DNA of 64,000 nt from Oikopleura dioica (Eukaryota > Animalia > Chordata), in assembly GCA_907165135.1 (NCBI GenBank), contig OU015569.1, forward strand, positions 5,936,769-6,000,768. Reading direction: 5' to 3'. This document shows positions 21,028 to 34,584 of this stretch, piece after piece. Below the pieces are notes generated by a model. The model was given only the letters and a program-made list of their open reading frames with translations. It was not told the DNA's origin and did not search any database. The position numbers and the translations under genes were made by a program. The first letter of the stretch is position 1; each line of letters opens with the position of its first letter.

Positions 21028-22830
21028 TCATAAGTTTTTCGCAATAAGACCTTCACTTATTTCAGACTCCTCGTTTTCTTCCTTCTCTTCTTCTCTTTTC
21101 TCGTCGTCTTCAAGAAGATGGGGCTGCTCAAAGTGATCGTCGCCTTTAATTTTCAGATATTCGACTAGAGGGCCGATTGATCCACCTGAATTGAACTCAG
21201 GACAGTTATCGAAGTTTTTCAGTTACCTTGAACAAAGGAAGTAAAAAAGATTATAGCTATACACGTGGTAAGCATTTGATGGATATGAGGCAGGAGGTGA
21301 GGTGGAACAACTTTCGTCAACGAGAAAGCAATGCCACCGCGCAGACCAGAAAGCGACATCACAAACTGATCGTTGTACGGAATTGGCTTGATCCGAAATT
21401 GATTGAGAATCCATGTCAGTCCATAGACTGACATAAAGCGGTACACTGTGACTGCGATAATCGTCACGACAAACAGTCCCGTATTCTTAAAAACGTTTCC
21501 TTGTTGTCTCCGAAATTGACTTTTATCTTACCCAATTGTGCGCAAAGTCGGTCATAAACTCCTGGACACTCGTAAGGCCAAGCATGATGAAGATTATAAT
21601 TTCCGCAGTGTTCGCCATCATCTTGAGACTAAAGACGAAATAAAACAATTATCAATAATTTATTACGCGCTGATCAGAGTGCGTTATTCGCAATTGACCA
21701 CAGACATTGACGAACCTGTATTTAACGACGACATGCGATTCGGCGGACATTTCGCCTTCTGAGCGATCCATCATTACAAAGGCGCAGAAGATTATGCTCA
21801 GAATAGCGCTCAAGTCAAGTAACTCGGCAATAAGATACGCCGTGTAACAATTGATGAAGATGAACATCGGCTCAAGCATTCGAAATTTTTTCGTGGCCTG
21901 TATTCAGAACTTTATTGTCTTGCTTTTTAAGAAACGTTAGATCACCTTGAAGACGAATGAGCCCAAGTATCCGAAAACACAACCCATCAGAGTGCCACCT
22001 CCAGCGACAATGGAGAACTTTATCACAGCTCTCCATAAGTTAACGAAAGTTATCGCGGCATCTCCGATTTCAAGAAAGCTCTCGAAGACTTGATAGAGGA
22101 CAACTGCGACACCATCGTTTAAAATCGACTCGCCGAAGACAGAAATATACAGCACCATGTTCACCTTAAAAAGTAGAGAACAGAGAAAACATATATACGG
22201 ACCGTATAATACGGTAGTTAGTTACCTTAACTTCTTCGAAAACGGCAATAACTGTGACTGGGTCGACTGCAGACATTATTGATCCAAACAAAAGGCACTC
22301 TTTTCAAACGGCTCAGAAAATTAATCTTCCTTTTTAACTAATCTTTCCCCTGAAAATAAACTCCACAGAAAAGCTCTTTTCAACTAAATGTTTTCGGAGA
22401 CCGTTTCCTAAAATACCAAGTGGCTTTGACGCTCCTTCATCAATATCCGGAAATAGTCCCAACAAGTAGCAGCCGTAAATGGTCAACCCAATCGCGAACG
22501 CATTAAACAATGTGCCAACAACTGCGTATGTTAAAATCGTTCCTATATTCTGGAAGAAAGCTTTTTTCGGCATGAAGAATCCGGCATCGAGCATAATGGG
22601 AGGGAGAAGAAACGTGAAAAAGCGTTGCGTGGTGAAGAGATGTTCCGCCAGATGAACCTCATGCACGCAGTAGAACAACTCTCCGGCAATAAGTCTTTAC
22701 TAAGGGTTGTCGATGCTACGAGGCATATAAGAAGGCAACATTCAGGTATTCGTCGAGCGTAGTTGTGAGCGTAGTGGAATGATATTTTGGCCAGTAATGC
22801 TACTGTTATACAGATGCAGACTTTCATAAG
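21028..22830 (-). CDS. Na+/H+ exchanger (SLC9/NHE family), multi-exon. Further 5' exons probably lie up to about 23.4 kb.
   Basis: Hallmark NHE motifs are present: [13 protein letters not shown] (matching HIPESCLLIVVGLL), [62 protein letters not shown] and [12 protein letters not shown]. The C-terminal exon [14 protein letters not shown]...EGLIAKNL* ends about 21028. Confidence 0.85.
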
Positions 22831-24443
22831 GGTACCTTCCTTATCTGGATACTTAAATGCTATTCTTAAGAGTGCGTTAGTTTTCCCATTTTCCTAATAG
22901 CGGATCTTCCACATCCTCCCATTTTAGTTGAACGAGGGGTATCAGTGTCGAATTGATTGCTCTGAGCTCTCTGTTTTTGGTGATTTGGTCAACAAGTCCC
23001 ATGTCTTCTTCGCTTCTGTAGCCTCTAAACAGCTACTTTCTCTATTTCGTAATTTTGAATATGAAAATCGCGGCGAAATGCCAAAATCACTGTGCACGTC
23101 AAAAAGAAAGGAGGGCAGTCGAAGGCAGTTTTTACGGAGTCAGAGCCGTGAAATCCATGTCTGATCCATCACAAGATTAGCTTTAGTACTCTAAACTTAA
23201 GACACCACCGCGATAATGACAATATACGCTTACGATGTTACGCTGCCACCTTTTTCAGTATTCAAAATTTTGATCTGGCTTCTGTTTGTTTACGTTTTAT
23301 TATTTTACGTACTGATAAGCAGTAGAAAAGTACCTGTAGCTCATTTTCGTCTCCACTCTCTTGGTTACTTCGGCGAGCAACTTAAATACTTTCCGGTTGA
23401 AATCGGAACCAGCAAAGCCGATATATCGCTCGCTTGAGTGGGCCCGAAATGGCTTCAACCATTGTCGGACTTTTCAAAAATTAAGAAAATCACGCATCAG
23501 GGAATCAACCGTGGGATCATCACACCTCTTTTCGTACTAATTTACGACTATTTTAGTTACCAAGTCCCAAATCATGATTATTTTTTTGCCAAGAAACAAT
23601 TTTTGGAAATTTCGATATCAAACTTACAGACGCAAGGAAGGTTTCTTCCTATTCTCGAGCTGTCTTCTCTCTGTCTCTTCCGTCGGTGAGAAAAAAGTGC
23701 TTCAATGATCTAATCGGCCAGAAGTAAGTCTGTTTGAGAGAATTCAAAAATAGTTAAAACGCTTAGAATCTTAGCAAAGGATACGATACATGCTCAAGTC
23801 TACTTGCTGATCCTCCAGCTTTTCTTTGCATCGAATTCATCAGCAAAAAGTTCTTTAGTAATAAAATACTAAAGAGAAATTGTTACTTCTTTTCTCTTCT
23901 TTTCCTCTTCTATTCAATCCAAGTTCTCAAAATAGATGAACGGCTTTCCAATTTGATTATTCGAACATTGCGGCTGGCGATAAAATTGGAAAATTAATGG
24001 TGATAATTAAAAGTATTAGAATATTTTTGATGATTGAGCGGAAGAACAAATTGAACCCAATTCAAACTTTTAGCGACGAAAGAATCAAAAAAAGTAAGTC
24101 TGATTTTATTAAATCTTAAGAGAGTATATAAACAGAATGTTATATACGCTGTTCTTGTGTAAATGATGTAATGCCGCTTGAAAGTGAAAGGTATAATTTA
24201 CGGTAGGAGCCCGAAATGCATTGTTTTTGTTTTGGCGTCTCGAGCTGTTCGAAGTAGAGTAAACAAAACCATACAAGTAGAAGCAAGTCGAAATTATTTT
24301 CTTGAAGCGCTTCGAAAGACGCTATTCGCATAATTCTAAGCGGGGTTTAGCATTTGCGACATTTTGGGCTGCGCGGCGGTGGCGCTCACTCTCGCTCAAC
24401 GAACGTGCGCCGACCTCTTCAAGCCAATTCTATTACTTTATTT

Positions 24444-24450
24444 TATATAA
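24444..24450 (+). promoter_or_regulatory. TATA-like box (tatataa) with an upstream CCAAT at 24424-24428, about 80 nt 5' of the Rab23 ATG.
   Basis: ttttatataacc at 24441-24452 and aagccaattc at 24421-24430. Position and spacing relative to the ATG at 24526 are the only support. Confidence 0.3.
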
Positions 24451-24525
24451 CCACCATTGAACCCTTTTTTAAGTCGAGAGAAAGCTCAGAGAGAGAGTTC
24501 CTGAAGAAAAGTGGCAGAGAGGTAG

Positions 24526-26301
24526 ATGAGTATATCGGACGATGAAGTGGCGCTCAAAATAGTCGTCGTTGGAAATGGAGGCGTCGGAAAATCTTCGCTT
24601 ATTCAGGTTTTTATTCTTCGAAATTCATTCTCCACTTCCCTCTTTTAAGATTTATTTTTTACATTAAAGGAGATAACAGAAGTTAATAGACTCTTTTTTT
24701 TCGACCCGAAGTCTGAGTTTCGAAGCTGATAAGAGGAAACTAAATTCAAATGAATTCAGCACGTGTTAAGGGATTGACGCGATTAGAAGCTAAAACTTGA
24801 AATTCTTTTGGCTTTTGCGAAACGCTCCAATTCAGCCAAACGAAATTAATCGAGCCCGGAGAGAGGGATACTGTCACGCTCCCTTTGCTTTTTAAGAATA
24901 TCGCTAAGAGGTCAAGCAAGGCCAAACGAGTGATAAAAATGTTCAGAGATTTGCGACTGGCCTCTTTACGCAAGAATACAAGAAGACCATTGGAGTCGAT
25001 TTCCTCCAGCGGAGCCTTTCTTTGGCCGGCATTTCTATCAATCTGATGCTTTGGGACACCGCCGGACAAGAAGAGTTCCACTCAGTCACGCGGGCCTATT
25101 ATAGAGGCGCTCACGGAGCCGTTATTGTCTACAGGTGAGCGTTAGCGATAAAGTGACAAGCGAAATGCGCGACGGGCTGAAATTTCAGCTCCTTATCAAA
25201 GAACCCATTTATCTGGCTACAGCTGATGTCTGGATTAAAAAACGTCCTTCTCTGCATGACTCAGGAACGACAGGGGACATTTTTCTTTCGAGTAGAACAC
25301 CTTAAACGCTCGATTGTCAAGTGAGCTTAATAAAAGGATCATGACAGATCAGAGGTCTCCGGAAGTGAGCTCTGAGCACACTTGCGCGCTTTGATTGATT
25401 TTCTATTTTTTCTCTTTTTCTCGTAAGAACTGTAGTACGCCTTTAGACTTCGCAGGTGCTAGTTCTAGCACTTGAAAAGCAGACACTTACAAATGATTTC
25501 AGTGCGTCGGATCCGGAGAGTTTCGCAAATGTAGAAGACTGGAAGAAGCGCGTGACAAACGAATGCGGAGAAATACCTATGGACGGGGGATAATTTCAGT
25601 TTTGTTTTTTACCTCGCTTGATTGACATACTGGGGCACGTAAGGGGACCCTTTTCTAAATACTCAGTCAAGTCATGTTACCGGTTGATGTCCGACCAGCT
25701 ACGTGAAAGGGTTAAGCCAAGGACTTAAGGAGGAAGCCGTGTAGATCTAGCTCCGGCTGAGAAACGAAAATATCCCTATTCAAGTGCTCGTACATAACAA
25801 AGTTGACCTCGATGAGCAGCAAGTTCCCAAAACAGCGGGTCAGGTTGGCTTCACCACTATTTCAAATCACTTATACTCTTCTTGTGCATATTCATCTTAT
25901 AATAGCCTTATGCCATCGATAAGCTCCAAAGCAACAGGGCTTATGAGAGCGCTGTGGTGAGGCTAGAAAAAGAACGCGGCGGCGCGACTGCGTCTTCCCT
26001 TCCAAACGACAAGTGTTCTCAAAGATCAAGGCGTCACAGAGGTTTTCAAAAGGTTATCCCGCGCCAACCTCGAGCACATTCTTGGTAAATAGATAATCTT
26101 TTTCTTATTCATGTTTCTTCCTCTCTAAAGGTTGAAATTATTTACCCCTAAGCTGAAGCGCTTCTGGTGATATTTAGACGCTCTAAAAATCAATTTTCAG
26201 CATCGAAAAAGATTTCCGACTTTCGCGACTTAAAAACGGAAGACGACGACCGACCTAGGAAGAAAAGAACATTCTGGAGTTGCTTCAGCTGCTTTCGCTA
26301 A
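24526..26301 (+). CDS. RAB23: Rab23-type small GTPase, at least 6 exons. The exon 3/4 junction is unresolved.
   Basis: Exon 1 is MSISDDEVALKIVVVGNGGVGKSSLIQ|gt. Exon 2 (24946-25133) is RFATGLFTQEYKKTIGVDFLQRSLSLAGISINLMLWDTAGQEEFHSVTRAYYRGAHGAVIVY. Later exons are SDPESFANVEDWKKRV, VLVHNKVDLDEQQVPKT, TTSVLKDQGVTEVFKRLSRANLEHIL|gtaaat, and a Cys-containing C-terminus ...TFWSCFSCFR*. The VVVGNGxVGKSS / YKKTIGVDFL / LMLWDTAGQEEF signatures are diagnostic of Rab23 rather than other Rabs. Confidence 0.85.
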
Positions 26302-27010
26302 TCGCTCACGATCAATTAACCCTACTATACTGCCAACAATCGCTTCAATAATGAAAAATGACATTTTCACCGAATAAACTTAGAAATTTTAAAGCATCAA
26401 TGTGTTTTGAGTTTAAGCAGAGGCGTATTGCAATAAAAGTTTTTAGTAAATAGCTTTATCAGTTATGATTTGACACGGGCAATGTTTTACATTGATAGAT
26501 TCATTCCAGGGAAATTGCGAGGGAAAGAATCTCTCCACTTTGAGCAGGATAAATTTTAATGCCAACAAGACGATATATTCAAAGCTATATCCTTGGTGTC
26601 TTTTTCTGCCTGTGCTGGCCAAAAGAAGACGCCTGAGAAGCTACCTTCTCAGCTGGAGTTTGCAGCCAATGTCTTAGTTATCTGTTACATACTACACTGA
26701 TCGTTATAAAAGATTTAGTATATATTTTTATATGCTCTCGATGCAACAGTAAATATATGAATTAGAAAATTCCCGCCATGTGAAAAGCCAGATTACATTT
26801 GAAGACAGCGCAAAAATCGCGTCAGTTGCCACCTTAGCCAGTGTAAATCTTTGAACCTCCTGGGCTCGGTCTCGTCATATGTTTCCTTGATAAAGCAAGC
26901 ACGCACGGCCCCTTTTGCGCAAGTCACCCTTTTCTCATCAGTAGTGGTCATTTGCTCTTCTTGCACTTGAGTCTTTATCATTTTTTTCGTGAATTGAAGA
27001 GAGCTCGAAA

Positions 27011-30000
27011 ATGCCGCTCGAAAAGACTGGCTCAGCGAAGACGGTGACCGGAAATGTCCGAACGGTCAGGCTCAATACTTACAGAGAGAGAAAATTTGAA
27101 TGCCAAGAATTGGAAAAAGAAAACAACCAACTCTCAAATACGATTGTACAGGTAACTTGACTAGGATTCTGAAGAGTCGTTTATTTGTACCTTCCAGCTG
27201 CAAGACATTATTTGCGCGAAAGATGAGGAGATGAAGATCCTGAGAATGCAGGTTGCGGATCAAGAAATCATAAAGGACAAATTCGATCAGTTGAAAGGAG
27301 AAGTCGTCAAAGTCGGATCAAAGGTACTTTTCGATATCATTTTTTCTTGCTCGGAACTACAAATGGGCTTCAATTAGACATAATTATACATCTTATCGAT
27401 ATCAAGAATGATAAAGTTATATGAATATTTTCTTATTCTCTCTCTCAAACATTTTCTCCAGCTCGAAACTTCATTTACCGAGGAAATCGAACAATCGGAA
27501 ACCATCGAGGTTGTTACAGAAAGAATAGTGCAAGCTGCGCCATCTACTCCCCCTCCTCCACCTTCGCCAGAGATCTTCATTGATTATGATCCGTAAGTCT
27601 ATTTTTCTGAGAATGTTTTGAAATGGGGGAGAAATGTCAAAAAATGCGTGTATAAAAAACGTTGCAAAACTAGACGACCAGATGTGGCATTTGAAGCTGC
27701 AAAAATGGATCGACTGAAGAAGGAAAACGCCTTAATCTTCCAGAATGAAATGCTTCAGACTTCACTAGATCAGGAAGGTGGATTAGATTTTTCCTTCCTT
27801 TGCTTTATGGCAGGATCTATCCATATGAAAAAGGAAATTTTGAAAAACGCGGCGCTTGAAGAACACCTGGTGACGGTGAAGCAACAACTTGCTCACGAGT
27901 TGAAGGAGAAAGAGGGAACAGTTCGTGAACTTCGGCAGTTGAAGCACGAATTAGCAAGTTTGAATGTTAAGCTTTCTGCGGTCGAGCTGAAAAATAGTAA
28001 GTGTTTCGATGATAGCTTGGTTGTTTCGATTTCATTCCATAACTCGAATGAGTGCGATTTAACCCCTCTCCAGTCACTAACAATTTGTAGGTGGAGCGTT
28101 TGGAAAATGTGTCTATCTCATAAAACTGCTGTCAATGTTCACTGCCACATTCGCAAGTCAACTCGTTTCGCTCTGATACTGATACATTCTGCAATCATAA
28201 ACGATTCTTCAAATTGGCCAGTAAGCTTTGAGTTTTAGACGAAGCGAAGAAAGACCTTGACACGCTGAAAATGGCTTCGCAAGTTGAGATCGACCAAATG
28301 AAAGCGGATTTCAACGGAAAAGAAAAAGACTTCAAGGTTTCTGCTGCCCCTAAAGAAAATCTTAACAATTTCAGGACGCGATGAAAAATGCATTGGAGGA
28401 AAACGATAAGCTAAGAGAGCACAACAAAGAACTTATGTCAGATTTGTCTGACGTCCAAGAGCTCATCTCAAATATGTCCGATCAGAACACAAATCAGACA
28501 TTTTTGCAAGAGCGCATCCAGTCGTTGGAAAAAGAAAACAAGATCTGTAAGATGCTCATTGAGAAGAAAAACGAGACCATAGGAAAATTTATAAATAATT
28601 CATATCTTTGTACGAAAAAAAAACATATTCATAAATCATCAAAGCTAGCTTAGAAAAGCAGAAAAGCGGCGACGGAACCTCTGATCTTGCAGCAAAGGTT
28701 GATTCTCTTGATGCAGAGCGAGGCGCATTCGAAGAGCAATCGCAAAAATATAAAGTCGCAATAGGAGCGCAAAAACGATACATTGGTAACAGAATTCGAA
28801 AAAAACGTAAAAATAAGCGAATTTTTAAGATAGCTTAAATGAAGCTATGCGACTTTCTGACGAAACACGACTGAAGCTCAAAGAAGAGGTAACAGTATTT
28901 CTACGCTCTGAGTTATGTAAAATGTAGATTACTGCTCTTCAAAACGAAAAAGTAAAGCTGCATGATCAAGTGAAAGCATTTGTGGAGCTCAGAGCAGCGG
29001 AGCAGAATCAGCGAGTCGCCACGGAAAATTACAAAAAGATCCTCGAAGCTCGGAATGAAGAGACTGATGGTCTGCTTGAGCAGTACAGGAACCAGATGAA
29101 ACGTTTAGATGCCGAACTCGATAACGTTAAGAAGCAGAACGAGGCTAAAGGTGAGTTGTCTACTTATTAAACTATTTGTAATTTTGTTTAAGATAAACTG
29201 AACACATCTTTCAAACGACAAACAGAAACTATGAAGCAGTTACTCAATCAATACGAAATAGATTCCAAGCAAAAGGGCGAAGAAAACAAAGTCCTTTCTG
29301 AAAAATTGAATCGTCTGATCAAAATCAACCAGGATCTAATCGAAAACAAGCCAGCCGAGCCAGTAGAAAAAATTGTAGTCGAGGTTTTATAATTAACCTT
29401 TACAAAAATCAGTAGATTTCTATTAGGGATCGCCAGAAGCTCAAGCTGCTCAGATGAAAATGGAGCTCAGAAATGCAGAACTCGATCGAGATCTTGAGAA
29501 GGCTCGATCCTTGATTAAGAGGCTTACAGATGAAAATAGACTTCAACAGAATCAGGTTTCGAAAGAATTAGTATGCCTGTTCTTAAAAATACATTCAGAT
29601 CGAGAAGTTCCAAGCAAGTTTCCTCAAGATCGACACAGAAAAAATGGAACTGGAAGAGACCGTTCGTGGACTGAAAAAGCGAGTCGACAGTTCCACTTCC
29701 TCACCAGATGTTGAGAAAAAGACCGAAGAGAACTCCGCTATGTCAGCTAAGGTGCACGAAATGAACCAAAAACTCATCAAGCAAATGACACAAATGAATG
29801 AAGCCCTGAATTATTGCCAAAAAGAAAAAGACGAGATTATTGAAAAATCTGAGAAAGTATTTGAATTTTCATTTAGCCTTCGAATTGATTTTCCTTTTAG
29901 TTGATCAAGGTTACTGGGAATATGAAGCAGGAGAACGAGCGTCTCCAGAACCTAGTGATTGAGCTTCAAGAGCAACTTGAAACGAAACTGACGAGCCCCG

Positions 30001-33000
30001 CTGCCCAAGAAAGCCCCAAAGCGCCAGAAGCTGCCAAAGCCAAGCAAGCTCCCAAAAAGAAGAAAAATAACAAGAAATAGGAATCACGCAAAATGACCCA
30101 TTTTTGACATTTCTCCGCCAAAATTTTATTTCTCACGCAAAATGTTTTTCTTGCGCAAATCTTTACTTGAAGTTCCGAACACTGAAATAAACATGCAATT
30201 ATAGAAACGATAGTTCTGAAGGCTCCAATGCAAGCAAATCGACAGAGGAGAAGCTTGAAAAACTTCAAAAGAAGTACCAAATGGAGAAGAAGAGATCTGA
30301 AACGATGCATGACGAGTTCCGAATCTTGAACAGAAAGTATCAACAATCTAAAGATACTCTTGAACAATTCAAAGCAACGGAGCAAAAACTCAACGCGAAA
30401 CTCAAGGTACTTCGGGTCATGTTATTTTTTGACTCAGTTTCCATTCAGGGAGTTTTAGAAGAACAAGATAGGCGAATCGCGGAATCTGCGCAGAGCGAGC
30501 AAGAGAGTGCGACAATGATCAAAGATCTTCAAGAAAGAGTAGCGACATTAGAATGCGCTTCCGACGAAGAACTCAATGAGCGATACACTTCGCTCCAGAA
30601 ACGATATATTGAGTTGGAGTCGAAAGACTTGGACTACACGGAAACCATTGCCACACTGAACAACCAGTTAAACGAGCTGAAAAACGCTCATGAAACCGCG
30701 CTGAAAGAACTTGCGGCACAAGCAAGTAAAGACGAAGAAAGCTCAAATGACGACCATGAAGACTTGCGAATCGCGAAAGTGCACAATGAAGCAACCATCA
30801 AGTCCTTGGAAGCAAAGCTCGAGATTCTTCAAATGGAGAAGAGACGAACATCTACCGATGAAAACTCGAATAGCTCTGCAAATGTACGAGAGGATCAGTA
30901 TGAAAAGGACCTCGCAGAAGCTTTGCGCAAAGTTGATGATCTGTCCATCGAGGTAAAAGAAAAAAAAATGATTAAAAACTTACTCATTTTTAGCTTTTCA
31001 ACAAAAGTCAACAGCTCGATGAGGCCAAATATCAAATCGAGCAGCTAAAACTTTCCCCGGCGAATGAAACTGACAAGGCTGTCGCTGAATTACAACAGAA
31101 ACTTAACCATGTTGAAAAGCAAAAAGCCCAAATCGTTTTATCTGCTGTAAAGAACAGCGATAAATATGCTGCAGAAATCGAAGAATTGAAAGAGAAAATC
31201 TCCGAATTAGAAAAACAAGAGGAAGATCAAGGCAAAAATGTGTCGTCCGAATCCGCTCAGGCGATAGAAGAACTCAAGGAAAGCAACAAGCGATTGTATT
31301 CGGAGCTTGTGGCGTCTGAAACCAGTGAACAAACGCTGCGAAAGGAGATAGAAACTGCAAGAGCAAATGTGTCGAGACTCGAAGTACAGAACTCGACAGT
31401 GCTTGAAGAAGTGAGTCGGCTCAATGACACTCTTGCCGCAGCAGAAACTGAAATCAACAAAATGCGCGATGAAATTTACAGTTTCAAGGTATGATTAAAT
31501 CCATGTAAACTTCTCTGAAGCAAACACTCTCTTAGGACTCACACACTTTATCTTCAAGTGGATCTTCTATCAGCAGCTCACCAGAAGACTTATCAGCAAA
31601 ATACACTAAACTGACATGCATTTACAGAGCAAAACTTGAGGAAATTGTTAAACTAAGCAAAGAGCTCCAAAAGTACGTGCTATTCAATCATAAGTACTCG
31701 TCTATACCGTGATAAAACATTATGTTTTCAGGAAAGAATCTTTGGAGAACGATTTAAAAGTCGCCAACGAAACTATCAACAACAAGGATCAGAGCCTACA
31801 AGATATTCTCTCCAAAAATACAGCATTATCTTCCAAGGTTAAAGTCTTGGAAGAAGACTTAGAAGAAATGAAAAACGAGGTGGACAGAAAGGCGGACGCA
31901 ATAAAGAAAATGAAATCCGGCAAAAACGACAGACAGTGGTCCCAAATGCTGGCTAACAACGGCGTGCCTGAATCGGGTAGAGTTTCTCCTCAACACCATG
32001 TACAACATCACACTGACAACTTTTACGATGAAAACATCGAAAATGAATAAATTGCTGCAACAATCTTTTATGCATTGACGAATGTCTTCTATGATTTCGC
32101 AGTTGAAAGTGGTCAGTAGGAAGTTGAGCTGGTTATTTCGTGTGTCTAAATGAGTTTATAGACTTGTCCTCGTTTTCATCTGATGCTGAGGAGGACTTTG
32201 CAGTTTCGACTCCGAATGTCGCGATGCAGTTGAGAATCAAGGACGACACTATTCGAGAGTTGAGACAGCATCTTGAAGTGAGAACGGCCGAGTTTGAAGC
32301 CTTAGAAGCCAAACTAGCGGATATCAGTCTTAGGAACAGTGTTCAAAATTATCAGTAAACCCAAATTTTCGTAAATGGTAGAGGAGTATTGAATCTGAAT
32401 TAAGAATAAAAAATACATCGGAGGATGAAATTCGAGAGCAATTGTCCAAACTAATGGTGCAAATCAAAGAAGTACGAGATGATAATGATAGACTCGAGCA
32501 AGAAAATCTTGATCTAAAGGTTTAGTAAATTAAAGAAGTTTACAACTTATCTGAAATCAAGGAAGAGTGCAGCAAACTTATGGAAGAGCAGCTAGCCCAA
32601 CCCTCAAGTGTTGAATCAATCCAAAGACAATTAGATGATTTGACAGAGATTGTCGAGGTTTTTGATTTTTTAAATTTTTCATGAAAATATTCATAAGTCA
32701 AAAAATAACGACGAAGAAAAACTGAGGAAAGAATTGGAAGAATTGCGCGCCAGAATTCGAGAGTACGAGGACGCAGAAGAAGTTCGATCAAACTTATTCC
32801 ACGGGTCTCGTGGGAGCTCTCCGTTCTGGGTTCGCACAAAAAATTTAGTTTTAAAAAACGGCAGACAAAGACAATGCCTATCCATAAAAGCCTGACACAC
32901 TTGCCGACTCTTTGGCTGCATTAAACGACGAGAACCATTTCCTTCGAAGAAACCTGTCGAAGTCAGAGCTCGAAATCGAAGAACTAAAGGATCAACTCGA

Positions 33001-33355
33001 AGGAACGATCTCCTCAAGGTATCTTTTCGATAAAATCCATATGCTTTACCCTTTAAATGCATTACAAGAGTCTCTGCCGAAGAGTTCGAAAAACTAAAAT
33101 CTGAATGCCTTGAGCTTCGATACTACAATGATGACCTCGTCACTCAGCTAGCAAAGTTAGAAACTGGCCGGAGTACATCCGACTATGAAGATAAACTAAC
33201 AATTCAGCTAGAAATGATCAACCAAATGAATGAGGAGCTGGAAGTTTTAAAAGGTCGGCCTGCGAGTACTGTATATTCTTGAAAGCTTGTTTTAGATCAA
33301 TTGCACGAAAAAGATCGTAAACTTTCTATTCTACGACGCAGTGCCCGAAAGTAAC
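27011..33355 (+). CDS. Coiled-coil protein spanning about 6.3 kb of genomic sequence (golgin/myosin-tail-like heptad-rich), at least 20 exons. Identity is unassigned.
   Basis: It starts MPLEKTGSAKTVTGNVRTVRLNTYRERKFECQELEKENNQLSNTIVQ|gt. A chain of in-frame short exons encodes E/K/Q/L-rich heptads (e.g. 27840-27995, 28381-28560, 28970-29150, 29454-29575, 30281-30410, 30450-30950, 31186-31490, 31740-32050). A Pro-rich exon ...QAAPSTPPPPPSPEIFIDYDP lies at 27550-27596. The last exons are about 33100-33355. Confidence 0.7.
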
Positions 33356-33426
33356 ATGTTTGTAATAATTACAGTATAGTATATGAATTCCTTTAATCAA
33401 CAAATAAATTTGCGGCTGGTGACTAG

Positions 33427-34068
33427 GGAGGTTTGCAATTAGTCTGGGTACAGACCCAGACTTCGAGCTACAATTGCTAGTCTGGGTCCAGGGCCCAGAC
33501 TTGGTTATATTTTCGTAGTCTGGGTCTCTGGCCCAGAGAAGATCTTTTAACCCGTAGTCTGGGTCCAGGGGCTGGCTGGCGCCTAGTTTCACAAACTTTA
33601 TCAACCCGGTTCAAAATTTCGGGAGAATGGTTCATAATTTCGGTCAGAAAAGTGACTCGAATTGACTGAAGGCGCGGTTGCATAGAAAGTTTAACTTTTA
33701 AAAAAAAGAAAGTTTTAACTTGAGTTTCTCTTCGAAATCAGGCGCGGAGCGCATATTGACCCGTAATTTCTTACTTTGGAAAATTTTGGGAACCGGGTTC
33801 ACACAGATCATGAACTGTGTCCACCCGATCCAGGGCTGATGATCGCGTGAGTCAAAAGAAGGCTATAATGTGAGCACTGTGCCGAAATCCTAGTACAAAC
33901 TACCATCTGAAAGGCTATTTACGGCCCTGGACCCAGACTACGAGTGAAAAGAGCTTCTCTGGTCCCGAGACCCAGACTACGGAAATATAACCAATTCTGG
34001 CCCCTGGACCCAGACTAGCAATTCTTACTCGAAGTCTGGGTCTGTACCCAGACTAATTGCATACTTCC
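33427..34068. mobile_element. MITE-like non-autonomous element (642 bp) with about 140-bp terminal inverted repeats, flanked by a perfect 8-bp direct duplication GTGACTAG.
   Basis: Left arm ggaggtttgcaattagtctgggtacagacccagacttcgag... (33427-33580) is about 90% identical to the reverse complement of 33925-34068. Each arm holds 4 copies of the sub-motif tagtctgggtc. TSD copies are at 33419-33426 and 34069-34076. There is no ORF inside. Confidence 0.75.
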
Positions 34069-34584
34069 GTGACTAGTGTTCTTTGGATTAATTCTTGTCC
34101 TCATTGTTCACGCCGAGCGAAAATGTTAACCTGGCAAAGTATTGGACCCGCTCGTAACCCTGTCGGTATTGAATGGATCAAACGAGCAAATTCAATAAAT
34201 AAAGTGAATGAATGCAAAATGCCATTTATTTGGTTTCTCAAATTTTGTATCAGAAAAAGGCGGAGACATCAAAGAGAAAGCAGGACAAAATGTCCAAAAT
34301 GTAAAAGACACGAAGATAAAAAATATCTGAACGGGTTAATTTAGCGGGGCAGCAATGCCCGGGGAAGAAAATGGCTCACTTAATTTCGCAGATCTTAAAT
34401 TAACTGAGTAGGAGGAAAAGCTCCTCGACTACGAGAAAGTGGAGGCTGCAGTAATATTAAAATAGGGTCAGAAGAATAACTAGCTCATAGAATTGTCTAC
34501 GAGCGAGTTTCTTTAGTCTTAGGGTTAGAAGATCGAGAAGTCAAGTGCTTCACAATGGGCACTGGCATGAACTGCCGTTGCTCT

